Shown here in pieces: positions 11,661 to 21,160 of a stretch of 64,000 nt of DNA (position 1 is its first letter; every line of letters begins with the position of its first letter). A program made the translations under genes and the position numbers. Below the pieces are notes generated by a model. It searched no databases and was not told the origin of the DNA. It saw nothing but the letters and a program-made list of their open reading frames with translations. This stretch comes from Bacteroidales bacterium (GTDB lineage Bacteria > Bacteroidota > Bacteroidia > Bacteroidales > P3): contig JAFSQF010000067.1 of the NCBI GenBank assembly GCA_017446745.1, forward strand, positions 15,010-79,009, in the 5' to 3' direction.

Positions 11661-12395
11661 TTAGCCAATTCTCATGACGGCATTGACAGAAATACCGCCG
11701 GCGTTGGTAAGCTGGAAATATTTTTTTCCATTATTGTCTGTGTATAGCACGTCGACATTTCGGTCTGAGTATTTGGTCTCTTTCAGATAGTTGATTTCAA
11801 AATCTTTGATTTCTGGTCGTCCATTACTTCTTGGTTGGCACAATTCTGGAACACAGTCGCAAATCCATTTAATATATTCAGCGTTATTCACGTGTCGTGT
11901 ATGGTCCAACGACGAATACGGAACGTCTATATGTTTTATAACCTCCATACCTTCTGGCATCCTGATTTTTTCAAGTTTGATATGGTCTGTTGCGTGGCAA
12001 TCCTCTTTTTCGTATTTCTCAATGATGTCGCCCAGACGGCACACGCGTCGTTTGTCCATGTCAAGGATGACCCAGTTGGAGGCACTGGCGGCACAGATAT
12101 TACCGTCAGAATCAACCAACTGATAATCTCTTGGGGCTATAAGGCCATTATCGTGTTTCGCCCATGTTTTCAGGGTTAGCCTCTCCCCTGCCGTTGGCAT
12201 TTGTAAAATGTTGTAATATACATGAGTAAGCACCCATGCTTTATTCATTGGTTTAAGGCCTTCAAAACCCACACCAAACATATCGGATTGGTCGCCGGCC
12301 ACATCCTGAAACAAACGTGCCAATCCCCATAGGGTCAGCACGTCGTCCTCGTCGCATAACAATGTCGACAATGTAAAGTCTTCGGTGTATATCAT
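11661..12395 (-). CDS. acyl-ACP thioesterase family protein
   Basis: 244 aa double hot-dog layout (WGLARLFQDVAGDQS...AWVLTHVYY; SSLDHTRHVNNAEYIKW). Confidence 0.8.
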   Translation of the reverse strand: MIYTEDFTLSTLLCDEDDVLTLWGLARLFQDVAGDQSDMFGVGFEGLKPMNKAWVLTHVYYNILQMPTAGERLTLKTWAKHDNGLIAPRDYQLVDSDGNICAASASNWVILDMDKRRVCRLGDIIEKYEKEDCHATDHIKLEKIRMPEGMEVIKHIDVPYSSLDHTRHVNNAEYIKWICDCVPELCQPRSNGRPEIKDFEINYLKETKYSDRNVDVLYTDNNGKKYFQLTNAGGISVNAVMRIG

Positions 12396-12443
12396 CTATT
12401 AAGTAACAGTAAAACAATAAGGTGTAACGATATTCTGTCAGAG

Positions 12444-12566
12444 TGAGCCCCGTAGGTGTGAAGAAAGCTCCAGTGGAGCTTTCGATAGCGAAGCGGAGAA
12501 CTAAATATATTAGCCGTGGGCGCGAGCCCACGGGAATCGAAATACTCTATTAATCTGAGCCCCGTA
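12444..12566 (-). repeat. composite multi-hairpin intergenic repeat, copy A (inverted orientation)
   Basis: The reverse complement aligns to copies at 54458, 59507 and 61199. H1 hairpin CCGTGGGC-GCGA-GCCCACGG lies at 12514-12533. Confidence 0.85.
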
Positions 12567-12580
12567 ATAAAACAATCTAC

Positions 12581-14371
12581 TTACATCCGCTCCGGCACTT
12601 CAATGCCGAGGATTGACATCATGTTTTTCAGTCCGAAGGCCACAGAGTTGCAGAGGCGTACCAGGAAGCGCATCCTCTCGGGGTCGCTCTCGCGCAGTAT
12701 CGGCGTGTCCTGATAGAAGCTGTTGAACGCTTTGGCCAGTTCGTAGCTGTAGTTGGCAATCATGGCCGGGCTATAGGCCGCTGCGGCCTGTTCGACGGTC
12801 GACGGCATATCATGCAGCAGTTTTATAACTTCGCGTTCCTTGTCGTTCACTGTCACGGCCTTGCAGGGCTGCGCCAGCTCTATGCCCTTCTCTCCTATGG
12901 CTTTGCGCACTATGGAGCGGATGCGCGCGTGTGTATACTGTATGAAGGGGCCTGTATTGCCGTTGAAATCAATGCTTTCGGCAGGGTTGAAAAGCATGGT
13001 TTTTGTGGGATCGACTTTGAGGATGAAATATTTAAGAGCTCCGAGTGCCAGGGTATGATAGAGCTCTTTCTGTTCTTCTGCACTCAGTTCGTCGTTCTTG
13101 CCTCTGTCGCGGCACATCTCTTCGGCAGTGGCTTCCATTTCAGCGATGAGGTCGTCGGCATCAACCACGGTGCCCTCACGCGATTTCATCTTGCCGTTGG
13201 GCAGTTCAACCATGCCATACGAGAGGTGGTACACTTTGTCGGCCCAGTCGAACCCTAAACGACCCAGAACAATCTTCAGTACCTGGAAATGATAGTCTTG
13301 TTCGTTGCCTACAACGTAAATCAGCTGGTCTGCGCCGAATTCTTTCTGTCTGAGCAAGGCGGTCCCCAGGTCTTGGGTCATGTAGACTGAAGTGCCGTCT
13401 TTGCGGAGCAATAACTTTTGGTCCAGTCCGGCATCGGTAAGGTCGCACCATACCGAGCCATCCTCCTTACGGAAAAGAACTCCCATGTCGAGACCTTTCT
13501 GCACTAACTCTTTACCTAACAGGTAGGTATTTGATTCATAGTATATTTTATCGAACGAGACACCCATTTTGCGATAGGTCTCGTCAAAACCGGCGTAGAC
13601 CCAGCTGTTCATCTTCTCCCAGAGGTCGCGAACCTCTTTGTCGCCATCTTCCCAACGTTTCAGCATCTGCTGTGCCTCTACCATCAGCGGGGCCTCGCGT
13701 TTTGCCTGCTCCTCCTCTATCCCTTTGCTCATAAGGCCTTTGACCTCTTCCTTATAATGTTTGTCGAACTCTACGTAGTACTTGCCTACCAGGTGGTCGC
13801 CTTTCATGCCCGAGGTCTCGGGCGTCTCGCCGTTGCCATAGCGCATCCAGGCGAGCATAGATTTGCAGATGTGTATGCCGCGGTCGTTCACTAGATTGAC
13901 TTTCTTTACATTGCGGCCATTTGCTGCCAGCAGCTGCGACACCGACCACCCCAACAGGTTGTTGCGGATGTGGCCTAAATGTAGCGGTTTGTTGGTGTTG
14001 GGTGAAGAAAATTCTATAACCACAGGGGCTTCATCGTCTTTTGCTGTCTTGATGCCATAACGGTCGTCATCTGCCACCTGGTTGGCGAAGTCGAGCCAGT
14101 AGCTGTCGCTGACGCTGAAATTGAGGAATCCTTTGATGACATTGAAGTCCACAATCTGAGGTACAGCCTCTTTCACTGCTGCCCCCAGCTCGTTGGCTAC
14201 CGCCTCGGGCGATTTCCGCGCCTGTTTCACAAACGGGTATACCACGATGGTGAAGTCTCCGACGAACTCTTTTTTTGTTTTCTGAAGCACGATGCTCTCT
14301 GAAACGGCGTCGATACCGTATAGTTTTTTTAACGCGTTGGCTACTGCTGTTTGTAATATGCTATCTATCAT
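12581..14371 (-). CDS. argS: arginine--tRNA ligase
   Basis: 596 aa. Class I HIGH motif (PNTNKPLHLGHIRN), a KMSK-like MKSREG motif and the anticodon-binding C-terminus ending in M. Confidence 0.96.
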   Translation of the reverse strand: MIDSILQTAVANALKKLYGIDAVSESIVLQKTKKEFVGDFTIVVYPFVKQARKSPEAVANELGAAVKEAVPQIVDFNVIKGFLNFSVSDSYWLDFANQVADDDRYGIKTAKDDEAPVVIEFSSPNTNKPLHLGHIRNNLLGWSVSQLLAANGRNVKKVNLVNDRGIHICKSMLAWMRYGNGETPETSGMKGDHLVGKYYVEFDKHYKEEVKGLMSKGIEEEQAKREAPLMVEAQQMLKRWEDGDKEVRDLWEKMNSWVYAGFDETYRKMGVSFDKIYYESNTYLLGKELVQKGLDMGVLFRKEDGSVWCDLTDAGLDQKLLLRKDGTSVYMTQDLGTALLRQKEFGADQLIYVVGNEQDYHFQVLKIVLGRLGFDWADKVYHLSYGMVELPNGKMKSREGTVVDADDLIAEMEATAEEMCRDRGKNDELSAEEQKELYHTLALGALKYFILKVDPTKTMLFNPAESIDFNGNTGPFIQYTHARIRSIVRKAIGEKGIELAQPCKAVTVNDKEREVIKLLHDMPSTVEQAAAAYSPAMIANYSYELAKAFNSFYQDTPILRESDPERMRFLVRLCNSVAFGLKNMMSILGIEVPERM

Positions 14372-14429
14372 GATTGATGTTATTTTTTTCGATATTGTGT
14401 TATTGATATGTGTGATGTTGTTTTTATTG

Positions 14430-15854
14430 TTACTGTTTTTTGTTCCAGGGGCCGTTGGCGAGGAAACCGGTGCTTGGTGCTGGCGTGATGTCGTATTCTA
14501 TCTGACCGTCAGGATTTATCAGTACGAACCACGGGAAGGTGGTCACCTTGAAATGACGAAGAAGGTCGTAGTTGCCGTTGAAATGAAGCCATGTCCAGTC
14601 GAATTGCTTTCCTCGTCGCGTATTTTTTAGGAAATGGAACATTTTTTGAAATTCGCGGTCGCATGCTATGGTGACAAGCTCAACGTCGTCGCGCTGATTA
14701 AGGTATTTCTCTTTGAAATGAGCTATTGTCTCTATCTCTGAGATTGAGGCCGGCTCATTGACGCGAACGAACGAGAGGTATACCCATTTGCCTTGCAGAT
14801 CGCTTAGATTTTCCATCTTTTTGTCGACATTGGGCAATGCGAAAATGTTGTTTTCTGTTGCCGCCTCGGCACCATTTATCGCTTCGAGTATGTGTCGTGC
14901 TATTTGGCGATGTTCGGGGAATTTGGTCTGTTGCGACAGCTTTTCAATCATCTTCACCACCATCTCAGGGTCGTAATATTTGAAGTTGTAGTACGATTCG
15001 TAAAGGGCTTGAAGAGCTGCAAGTTCGCGCACCTGTTCGTGGCGCAACAGTGGGTCGGTGCCTAAAGAGTCTATATAAGTCTTCAGGTCAAGGTTGTTGA
15101 CCCAATGCGAAAGCCGGTATACGGAGATGTCTTTTGTGCCCTTGGATATGCTGTAGGCATACAGCGTGGCGAAGAGCGACATATAGTTCTCGTCCTGATA
15201 GAGGATAGGGTTGTTTCGTATGAATTTGTTGATTAAGTTTTTCCGAGTGTCGAATTTCATGGCGTATTTTATCTCGGCCAGCTGGTATGTCTTATAGCGG
15301 TTGATGAAATCACTTTGCGTATCTGGATAGAGTCTGTTTACTATATATTGCAGACTATCAAAGTAATATACAGATGGTTTAAAGCGTTGGTCGAAATAGA
15401 AATAATTCTCGGAGATGAAATCGTTTATCACCTTATCAATACTGTCGATCATCAGGTTGATATCGTCGGGAGGAATGTTCTGGAAGATAAGGGGCAGTGG
15501 CTCAGGGTCTAAAAAGACGTTGCGTTTTTCGTCAAGGTTCCAATCGAATGAGGGGATGAATACAGAGTATTCGCGGGCTGCCTCAACATAGAACGACTGC
15601 GAGTAGTTCTCTACCTGCATGGTCACCATCATGGGGTAGTTGGTGTAGCAACGTAGTTCAAAGCGTCCGTCCTCCCCCACCCTGAAGCTGTCGATAAGAA
15701 CCTCGGCTTTTGAAATTTGGTCACTGCTCCGGTAGAGCTCCACCTTGCGTCCGGCAGCATTCTCACTCGAACCATGGATGGCTATATTCTGTTGGGCGTT
15801 AACGAAATGTATGAAGCTACTTAAAGCAATGATTAAAGAAAAAAATCGCCTCAT
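14430..15854 (-). CDS. secreted protein with C-terminal thioredoxin-like fold lacking CXXC
   Basis: Signal peptide MRRFFSLIIALSSFIHFVNAQ. The C-terminal roughly 130 aa resembles TlpA/AhpC-like proteins (GKWVYLSF...VELVTIACD...TTFPWFVLINPDGQI), but NEPAS replaces the redox CXXC. Confidence 0.6.
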   Translation of the reverse strand: MRRFFSLIIALSSFIHFVNAQQNIAIHGSSENAAGRKVELYRSSDQISKAEVLIDSFRVGEDGRFELRCYTNYPMMVTMQVENYSQSFYVEAAREYSVFIPSFDWNLDEKRNVFLDPEPLPLIFQNIPPDDINLMIDSIDKVINDFISENYFYFDQRFKPSVYYFDSLQYIVNRLYPDTQSDFINRYKTYQLAEIKYAMKFDTRKNLINKFIRNNPILYQDENYMSLFATLYAYSISKGTKDISVYRLSHWVNNLDLKTYIDSLGTDPLLRHEQVRELAALQALYESYYNFKYYDPEMVVKMIEKLSQQTKFPEHRQIARHILEAINGAEAATENNIFALPNVDKKMENLSDLQGKWVYLSFVRVNEPASISEIETIAHFKEKYLNQRDDVELVTIACDREFQKMFHFLKNTRRGKQFDWTWLHFNGNYDLLRHFKVTTFPWFVLINPDGQIEYDITPAPSTGFLANGPWNKKQ

Positions 15855-15977
15855 ATTAGTGCATTATTATTTCAAACTTATTTTGCAAAATTACTAAAAT
15901 TATTGCATATGGAATGCAAAAATATATTATATATAGTACCAAATAAACAAAAAAACGGCTGTTTTGTAAAAAATGTG

Positions 15978-15985
15978 TAAATTTG
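15978..15985 (+). promoter_or_regulatory. candidate -7 box (TAAATTTG) for the S9 peptidase gene
   Basis: Exact TAnnTTTG match 50 nt upstream of the ATG at 16035. Confidence 0.4.
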
Positions 15986-16034
15986 CACTCTCAAAAACGA
16001 ATACACGAAATAATGAAAAACAATATATAACATT

Positions 16035-18116
16035 ATGAAAAAAGTCTTTATAGCAATTGCTTCTGTTGCGCTTTTAGCATCATGCGCCAAGAAGCAGGAA
16101 GATGTCAATTCCGAAAAAATAGTCGAAAAGACTAACATCGAAGTCAAGGATGGGCGCTTCACTCCCGAAGTGATGTGGGCTTTGGGCAAGATGGGCGAGG
16201 TCGCCGTGTCGCCCGATGGTAGCAAGCTGGCCTACACTCTCACCTACTACGATATGGATGAGAACAAGGGCAATGCCGAGATCTACGTCATGCCTACGGC
16301 TGGCGGCGACGCGCAACGCCTCACGGTCAGCGCCAAGAGCGAGTTCAACCCCGCGTGGCAGGACGACAACACCCTGCTCTTCTGCCGTGGCAATGAAATG
16401 CTTAGCATCGATGTGAACACTAATGCTGAGAAGCTCTTGGCCACTTTCGACAACGGCATTGAGGGTTTCAAACTCTCTAATGATAACAAATATGTGCTTT
16501 ACATCTCCCCTATGCCCGTGCAACGCGCCTCGGATGTCGCTCCGCTCTTCGACGGCCTCGACAAGACCACCGGGCGCATCAACGAGGACCTCATGTATCG
16601 CCATTGGGACCAGTGGGTCGACGAATATCCGCAGATTTTCCTTGCCGAGCTTGGCGAGACCCTTGATGTGGAGCACAGCACGGCGATCATCGACAGCACT
16701 TTCGAGTGCCCCATGCGCCCCTGGGGCGGCATCGAGCAGTTCAATTTCTCGCCCGACGGCAAGCGCATTGCCTACACCTGTCGCAAAAAGACGGGTATGG
16801 ACTATGCCCTCTCCACAAACAGCGATATCTACCTTTATGATATCGCTGAAAGGAAAACCGTCAACATCTCGGAAGGCATCATGGGCTACGACCAGAACCC
16901 CGTCTTCAGCCACGACGGCAGCAAGATAGCATGGGAAAGCATGGAACGCGACGGCTATGAGAGCGACAAACTGCGGCTTATGGTCTTCGACCTCACCTCC
17001 GGCGAACGCACCGACTATACCGAGGGCTTCGACTATGGCGTCACCGGCATCAGCTGGACCGACGACGACAGCGAGCTGCTTGCCGTGGTCATGTACCGCG
17101 GCATGGACGAGATTTTCGCTTTCAATGTGGCCGATAAGGGCATCCGCCAAATCAGCCACGGCTATCACAACGTCAACGCCTTCCAACTCGTGGGCAATAA
17201 GATTTATGCCACTCAGGTCTCTATGCAATATCCTGCCGCCGTCTACACCTACAACCTCAGCGACGACAAGCAGGAGGGTACTAAGCTGACCACCTTCAAC
17301 GATGACATCCTCTCGCAAGTACGTATGGGCAAAGTCGAGGAGAACTGGATTAAGACCCACGATGGCAAGGAGATGCTCACATGGCTTATCTATCCTTATA
17401 ACTACGACAGCACCAAGGTCTACCCTGCCCTGCTTTACTGCGAGGGTGGCCCTCAAAGCATGGTCAGCCAGTTCTGGAGCACCCGCTGGAATTTCATGGT
17501 CATGAGTGGCGCCGAGTATTTCATCATAGCCCCCAACCGCCGCGGATGCCCGGGCTTCGGCACCGCCTGGTGTGAGGAAATCAGCGGCGACTACGGTGGA
17601 CTCTGTATGAAAGACTATATGACGGCAGCAGACTATTTCGCCAACAAGCCCCAAATCGACAAGAACCGTATGGGAGCATGCGGCGCTTCGTTCGGTGGCT
17701 TCAGCATCTACTGGCTTGCCGGACATAACGAGAACCATCGCTTTAAAGCCTTCCTGGCACATAACGGCATGTTTAACTTTGAGCAGCAGAGCCTTGAGAC
17801 CGAGGAGCTCTGGTTCACCAACTGGGACCTCGGTGGCCCCTACTGGGCCAACACGCCTCAAACCAAGAAAAGCTACAGCAACTCCCCTCACCTCTTCGTC
17901 GACAAATGGAACACCCCCATCTGCGTGGTGCATAGCGAGTTCGACTTCCGCATAGTGGCTTCGCAGGGCATGGCGGCCTATAATGCCGCCAAACTTAAAG
18001 GCCTCGACGCTCGCTATCTCTACTTCCCCGATGAAACCCACTGGGTGTTGCAGCCCCAGAACAGCCTCCTCTGGCATCGCAATTTCATCGACTGGTTCGA
18101 CAGACATCTGAAATGA
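16035..18116 (+). CDS. S9 family serine peptidase (prolyl oligopeptidase / acylaminoacyl-peptidase type) lipoprotein
   Basis: Lipobox LLASC, an N-terminal beta-propeller region, the nucleophile elbow GASFGGFS and a C-terminal DETHW His region. Confidence 0.9.
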   Translation: MKKVFIAIASVALLASCAKKQEDVNSEKIVEKTNIEVKDGRFTPEVMWALGKMGEVAVSPDGSKLAYTLTYYDMDENKGNAEIYVMPTAGGDAQRLTVSAKSEFNPAWQDDNTLLFCRGNEMLSIDVNTNAEKLLATFDNGIEGFKLSNDNKYVLYISPMPVQRASDVAPLFDGLDKTTGRINEDLMYRHWDQWVDEYPQIFLAELGETLDVEHSTAIIDSTFECPMRPWGGIEQFNFSPDGKRIAYTCRKKTGMDYALSTNSDIYLYDIAERKTVNISEGIMGYDQNPVFSHDGSKIAWESMERDGYESDKLRLMVFDLTSGERTDYTEGFDYGVTGISWTDDDSELLAVVMYRGMDEIFAFNVADKGIRQISHGYHNVNAFQLVGNKIYATQVSMQYPAAVYTYNLSDDKQEGTKLTTFNDDILSQVRMGKVEENWIKTHDGKEMLTWLIYPYNYDSTKVYPALLYCEGGPQSMVSQFWSTRWNFMVMSGAEYFIIAPNRRGCPGFGTAWCEEISGDYGGLCMKDYMTAADYFANKPQIDKNRMGACGASFGGFSIYWLAGHNENHRFKAFLAHNGMFNFEQQSLETEELWFTNWDLGGPYWANTPQTKKSYSNSPHLFVDKWNTPICVVHSEFDFRIVASQGMAAYNAAKLKGLDARYLYFPDETHWVLQPQNSLLWHRNFIDWFDRHLK

Positions 18117-18196
18117 ACCTTTTGAGGAAGCTCGCGAATGGTGACCGTTCTCTCTTTTATTGTCAAATCCTTTTTAACATTAACCTGTAATCCGTT

Positions 18197-18760
18197 ATGA
18201 AACTTATAAAATGCAGCCACTGCGGAAGGCCATTCTATAATGAGGAAAAGGCATGCCCTTACTGTGGGCATGCCACCAACCTCTCCGCCACCAATTTCGT
18301 CACGCGTCCTATTAGTGACCATAAGGCTCACAAATTAATGGAGGACATGCTCTCTGGCAACCTCACTCCTGAGCCTCGCCCGGTTCATGCTGCTCCGCTT
18401 ATTCACGACGACGAGTCCTCCCCCACCCCTCTGGCTGAACCCGCTGAGGTAGAGGAGCAGCAGCCCCTCCCCAATGCTGGCCCGGAACCCGAGGCAACGG
18501 TCGACGAGGCCGCTGAACCTTCCAATGCTGTAAGGGAACGGGCCGACGGCATCGCTACAGCCTTACAACAAACAGAGGAGGTATCCCACGAGGAACATCC
18601 CATTGAAGAACCTAATGCCGCCGACATCGACCATCTGCCACGCAAACGCCGCGGATGGATTTGGATTGTTGTCGTCATCCTTGTCCTTGCCATCGCCGCT
18701 GCCGTATATTTGAAATGGGATTTCGTCTATAGCAAGATTTCCTCCCTTCTCGGCAAATAA
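18197..18760 (+). CDS. zinc-ribbon protein with acidic/Pro-rich linker and C-terminal TM helix
   Basis: CSHCGRPF...CPYCGH zinc ribbon at the N-terminus. WIWIVVVILVLAIAAAVYL transmembrane segment near the C-terminus. Confidence 0.6.
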   Translation: MKLIKCSHCGRPFYNEEKACPYCGHATNLSATNFVTRPISDHKAHKLMEDMLSGNLTPEPRPVHAAPLIHDDESSPTPLAEPAEVEEQQPLPNAGPEPEATVDEAAEPSNAVRERADGIATALQQTEEVSHEEHPIEEPNAADIDHLPRKRRGWIWIVVVILVLAIAAAVYLKWDFVYSKISSLLGK

Positions 18761-18801
18761 ACGTATCTGCCCGGATAACGTTTAATTTCTTACCCTCCCT
18801 C

Positions 18802-18838
18802 AAAAAAATGTGGCTCCACAAGCGAGCCACATTTTTTT
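18802..18838 (+). terminator. rho-independent terminator
   Basis: ATGTGGCTC-loop-GAGCCACAT stem flanked by A7 and T7 runs. Confidence 0.65.
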
Positions 18839-18932
18839 GTAGTTACGCGACCGCAGAATGCGGTCGCCTCCCAGATTACAACCCTGACCGGCACGGCCGC
18901 AGGCGGGGACGCCCGCGTACCACGTCGCATTG
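18833..18932 (+). repeat. GTAG-hairpin REP-like repeat, copy 1
   Basis: TTTTTTGTAGTTAC-GCGACCGC-AGAAT-GCGGTCGC-CTCCCAG, then ACCGGCACGGCCGCAGGCGGGGACGCCCGCGTACCACGTCGCATTG. Repeated at 19069-19174. Confidence 0.85.
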
Positions 18933-19068
18933 TCAAACTAAAAGCTTCGCTACATGTAGGAGGTCGGGCTTCCCAGCCCGACCAATGGCAACCACAGGCA
19001 AGGAGCCCTTCGCATTCGGCGAAGGTGTAACTTTATTTTTCGGGGTACAACATTGGCTCGACAAAATC

Positions 19069-19174
19069 TTTTTTGTAGTTACGCGACCGCAGAATGCGGT
19101 CGCCTCCCAGTTATCGCCTACAGCCCTTACCGGCACGGCCGCAGGCGGGGACGCCCGCGTACCACGTCGCATTG
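19069..19174 (+). repeat. GTAG-hairpin REP-like repeat, copy 2
   Basis: Both conserved blocks are identical to copy 1; only the 12-18 nt linker differs. Confidence 0.85.
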
Positions 19175-19213
19175 GCAAAGCTATCGTTTTGATAGCGCGA
19201 TAAAGATGATGGG

Positions 19214-19245
19214 AAATAAAAAAAAGAGGAAATTGCTTTCCTCTT
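19214..19245 (-). terminator. rho-independent terminator downstream of tRNA-Arg
   Basis: AAGAGGA / TCCTCTT stem (19224-19230, 19239-19245), followed on the minus strand by a T-run. Confidence 0.6.
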
Positions 19246-19252
19246 TTCTTAG

Positions 19253-19326
19253 TGACTCCTGCAGGATTCAAACCTGCAACCTTCTGATCCGTAGTCAGAT
19301 GCTCTATTCAGTTGAGCTAAGGAGCC
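19253..19326 (-). tRNA. tRNA-Arg (anticodon ACG)
   Basis: Hand-folded 74-nt cloverleaf: acceptor GGCTCCT/AGGAGTC, D arm GCTC/GAGC, anticodon stem TCTGA/TCAGA with loop CTACGGA, T arm GCAGG-TTTGAAT-CCTGC, discriminator A. CCA is not encoded. Confidence 0.93.
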
Positions 19327-19353
19327 ATCATTTGTTTCTCTCGAAATCGGTTG

Positions 19354-19361
19354 CAAAAGTA
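19354..19361 (-). promoter_or_regulatory. candidate -7 box (TACTTTTG) for tRNA-Arg
   Basis: The + strand reads CAAAAGTA, 28 nt upstream of the mature tRNA 5' end. The extended match TGCAAAARTACACACTTTT recurs at 41568-41586. Confidence 0.45.
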
Positions 19362-19450
19362 CACACTTTTTCAATACTGACCAAATTTTTTTTTCATTTT
19401 TTCGCGAGAGAGGACTTATCTATTTGAATTAATGGAATAAAAAAATTAAA

Positions 19451-19984
19451 TTATTTTGTTTTTTTGCCGCTATAGTGGTACACTTCCCGGTAAAGAATGT
19501 CGCGCATTTCGTCAAATTCGCCGTCGTCCAGCTCATATTTTGACATCACTATCATTTGTAGTGCTAATGATTTTTTCCCATGATAAGAGGGTTGCCAATA
19601 TTCTTGAGGGTTGCGTGTGAAGCCGAGGTCGGTGTAGAATTCCAAGCGGTGGTCGGCCTGTTCGGTGGATGGCAGTTCGGTTTCCAGCACCACTTGTCCT
19701 GGGTGTTGCGACAGGAAGCTGAGCATAGAGGCTTTCCCCAAGCCGCGGTTGCGGAAGTCGCGGTCGATGGCGAAATGTTCAATGTAGGCAAAATCCTCGA
19801 AGACCCAATAGGTCAATATTCCCAGAGGCTCATCGTCGAGGGTGGCCACAAGGAAATGGAAGCGCTCGTCGCGGTCTTCGAGGCTTCTAAACGGAGGCCG
19901 CTCCTCGTCGGGGAAGGCCGATTCGAAGAGCTCTTTGGCAAAATGATGGTGTCTGCTTTCAGACAGGGGTTCGAAATCTATCAT
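19451..19984 (-). CDS. GNAT family N-acetyltransferase
   Basis: 177 aa with acetyl-CoA binding motif A (FAIDRDFRNRGLGKASM). Confidence 0.85.
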   Translation of the reverse strand: MIDFEPLSESRHHHFAKELFESAFPDEERPPFRSLEDRDERFHFLVATLDDEPLGILTYWVFEDFAYIEHFAIDRDFRNRGLGKASMLSFLSQHPGQVVLETELPSTEQADHRLEFYTDLGFTRNPQEYWQPSYHGKKSLALQMIVMSKYELDDGEFDEMRDILYREVYHYSGKKTK

Positions 19985-20079
19985 ATTATTTGTTTGAATG
20001 TTTTAGCGTTTGAAGTGTTGTATTGTTTTGTAACGGTGTTTTGTGAAGCACTATTATTGGTCTGCTTGCAGGCCTCGGG

Positions 20080-20949
20080 TCATTTGAACGAAAATTTGTT
20101 GAGGATTACGCTGAGCTTGATGGCGTGGTGGAAGCCGAAGGTGTTGTAGCCCTGCAGGTTGGTGCGATTATAGTAGAGTGTGTAGCCCAGCCTCATGGCG
20201 GTGCCAATGGGGAGGGTGATGCCGGCGTCTAATGATGCGAAGCCGCCAAGACCAATGCCACCCTGGTTGATGTATTCGTAGCTGGCCACATACGAGGATG
20301 GTGTCTGACCCTGCCATACGTCAAGTATGCTGTAGGTCCGTCCGGCAATCATAACGTCGCTTTTCTCCACTTTGGTGTTGTTGACATTGCCGCCGAGGGA
20401 TAGCTCGATATCCCAGCCGTTGCCGAGTCTGAATTTATGCAGAATGCCCAGGTCGATATAAATGCGGCGTTCTTGTCCGAGGGCTGGGCAGTTGACGTAG
20501 GCATCCTTGTTGGTCAGCATCCCCGTTTGGCGACCGCTTTTGAGCTGGATAATGCCGTTGGCCTCGGCCTTGGCGAAGTCGAAGCGTACAAGCCATCCCC
20601 ATCGGCTGTTCTCGAAATCATAACGGAAGCCCATGCCCACTTGCATGGCGATGCGATAATAGAAATCCCTGCCGTAGTTGTCGACCTCGATTTCGCGGTA
20701 GTTTTGTACGGCGCTGCTTATGAGGTCCTGTTCGGTGAGGTCGTTCCAGATCTGCGGGCCGTAGGATTCGCTATGGAGGATACGCAGCAAAGTATTGGCG
20801 TTGCTGATGTCGCCGTTATAAAAAGAGGCTTGGGAATTGTCGAACCATGTGGGTCCGATATCTACGGTCAACGAGAGTCCGCGGAGCTGGGCGGAGAGAT
20901 GGGAAGGCATAAAAAAAACAGTCAGCAGCAATATAATGCTGCCCACCAT
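20080..20949 (-). CDS. hypothetical outer-membrane beta-barrel-like protein
   Basis: The start is moved to the internal Met giving signal peptide MVGSIILLLTVFFMPSHLSAQ. Alternating aromatic/Gly-rich strands and a C-terminal aromatic-rich ending (KFSFK). Confidence 0.5.
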   Translation of the reverse strand: MVGSIILLLTVFFMPSHLSAQLRGLSLTVDIGPTWFDNSQASFYNGDISNANTLLRILHSESYGPQIWNDLTEQDLISSAVQNYREIEVDNYGRDFYYRIAMQVGMGFRYDFENSRWGWLVRFDFAKAEANGIIQLKSGRQTGMLTNKDAYVNCPALGQERRIYIDLGILHKFRLGNGWDIELSLGGNVNNTKVEKSDVMIAGRTYSILDVWQGQTPSSYVASYEYINQGGIGLGGFASLDAGITLPIGTAMRLGYTLYYNRTNLQGYNTFGFHHAIKLSVILNKFSFK

Positions 20950-21160
20950 TTGTCTGCCAAAGCAGTTCCTGTATGGCAATGGCTGTCTACAGCCTTCTGT
21001 ACTTTCTGCGACGGGTCCTGCACCGTCGCCACTTCGGTCTCGTTCGTTATCGTTCATTTTTTAGGTTGACGTTCATTATTAAACCACACTAAGCTGTCTT
21101 ATTAATCTAAAGATTTACAAATATTAAAAAACAATTAAACAATTCTACATACCACTTTAT

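Noticed and set aside
12514-12545. tRNA-like T-arm resemblance (TTCGATTCCCGTGGGC on the reverse strand) in the composite repeat
   Set aside because: No acceptor, D or anticodon arms can be folded around it, and other copies lack the TTCGATTCC context.
16080-18107. 675-aa ORF antisense to the S9 peptidase gene
   Set aside because: Shadow ORF of a GC3-rich gene. The same reasoning applies to 7628-9163 (gyrA), 37657-38853 (gyrB), 58404-59330 (Wzc-like) and 60166-61185 (OmpA-like 1).
18808-19427. Two ORFs (131 and 124 aa) sharing the peptide GRRRGRPRTTSH
   Set aside because: They are translations of the duplicated GTAG-hairpin repeats, and the second runs through the tRNA-Arg gene.
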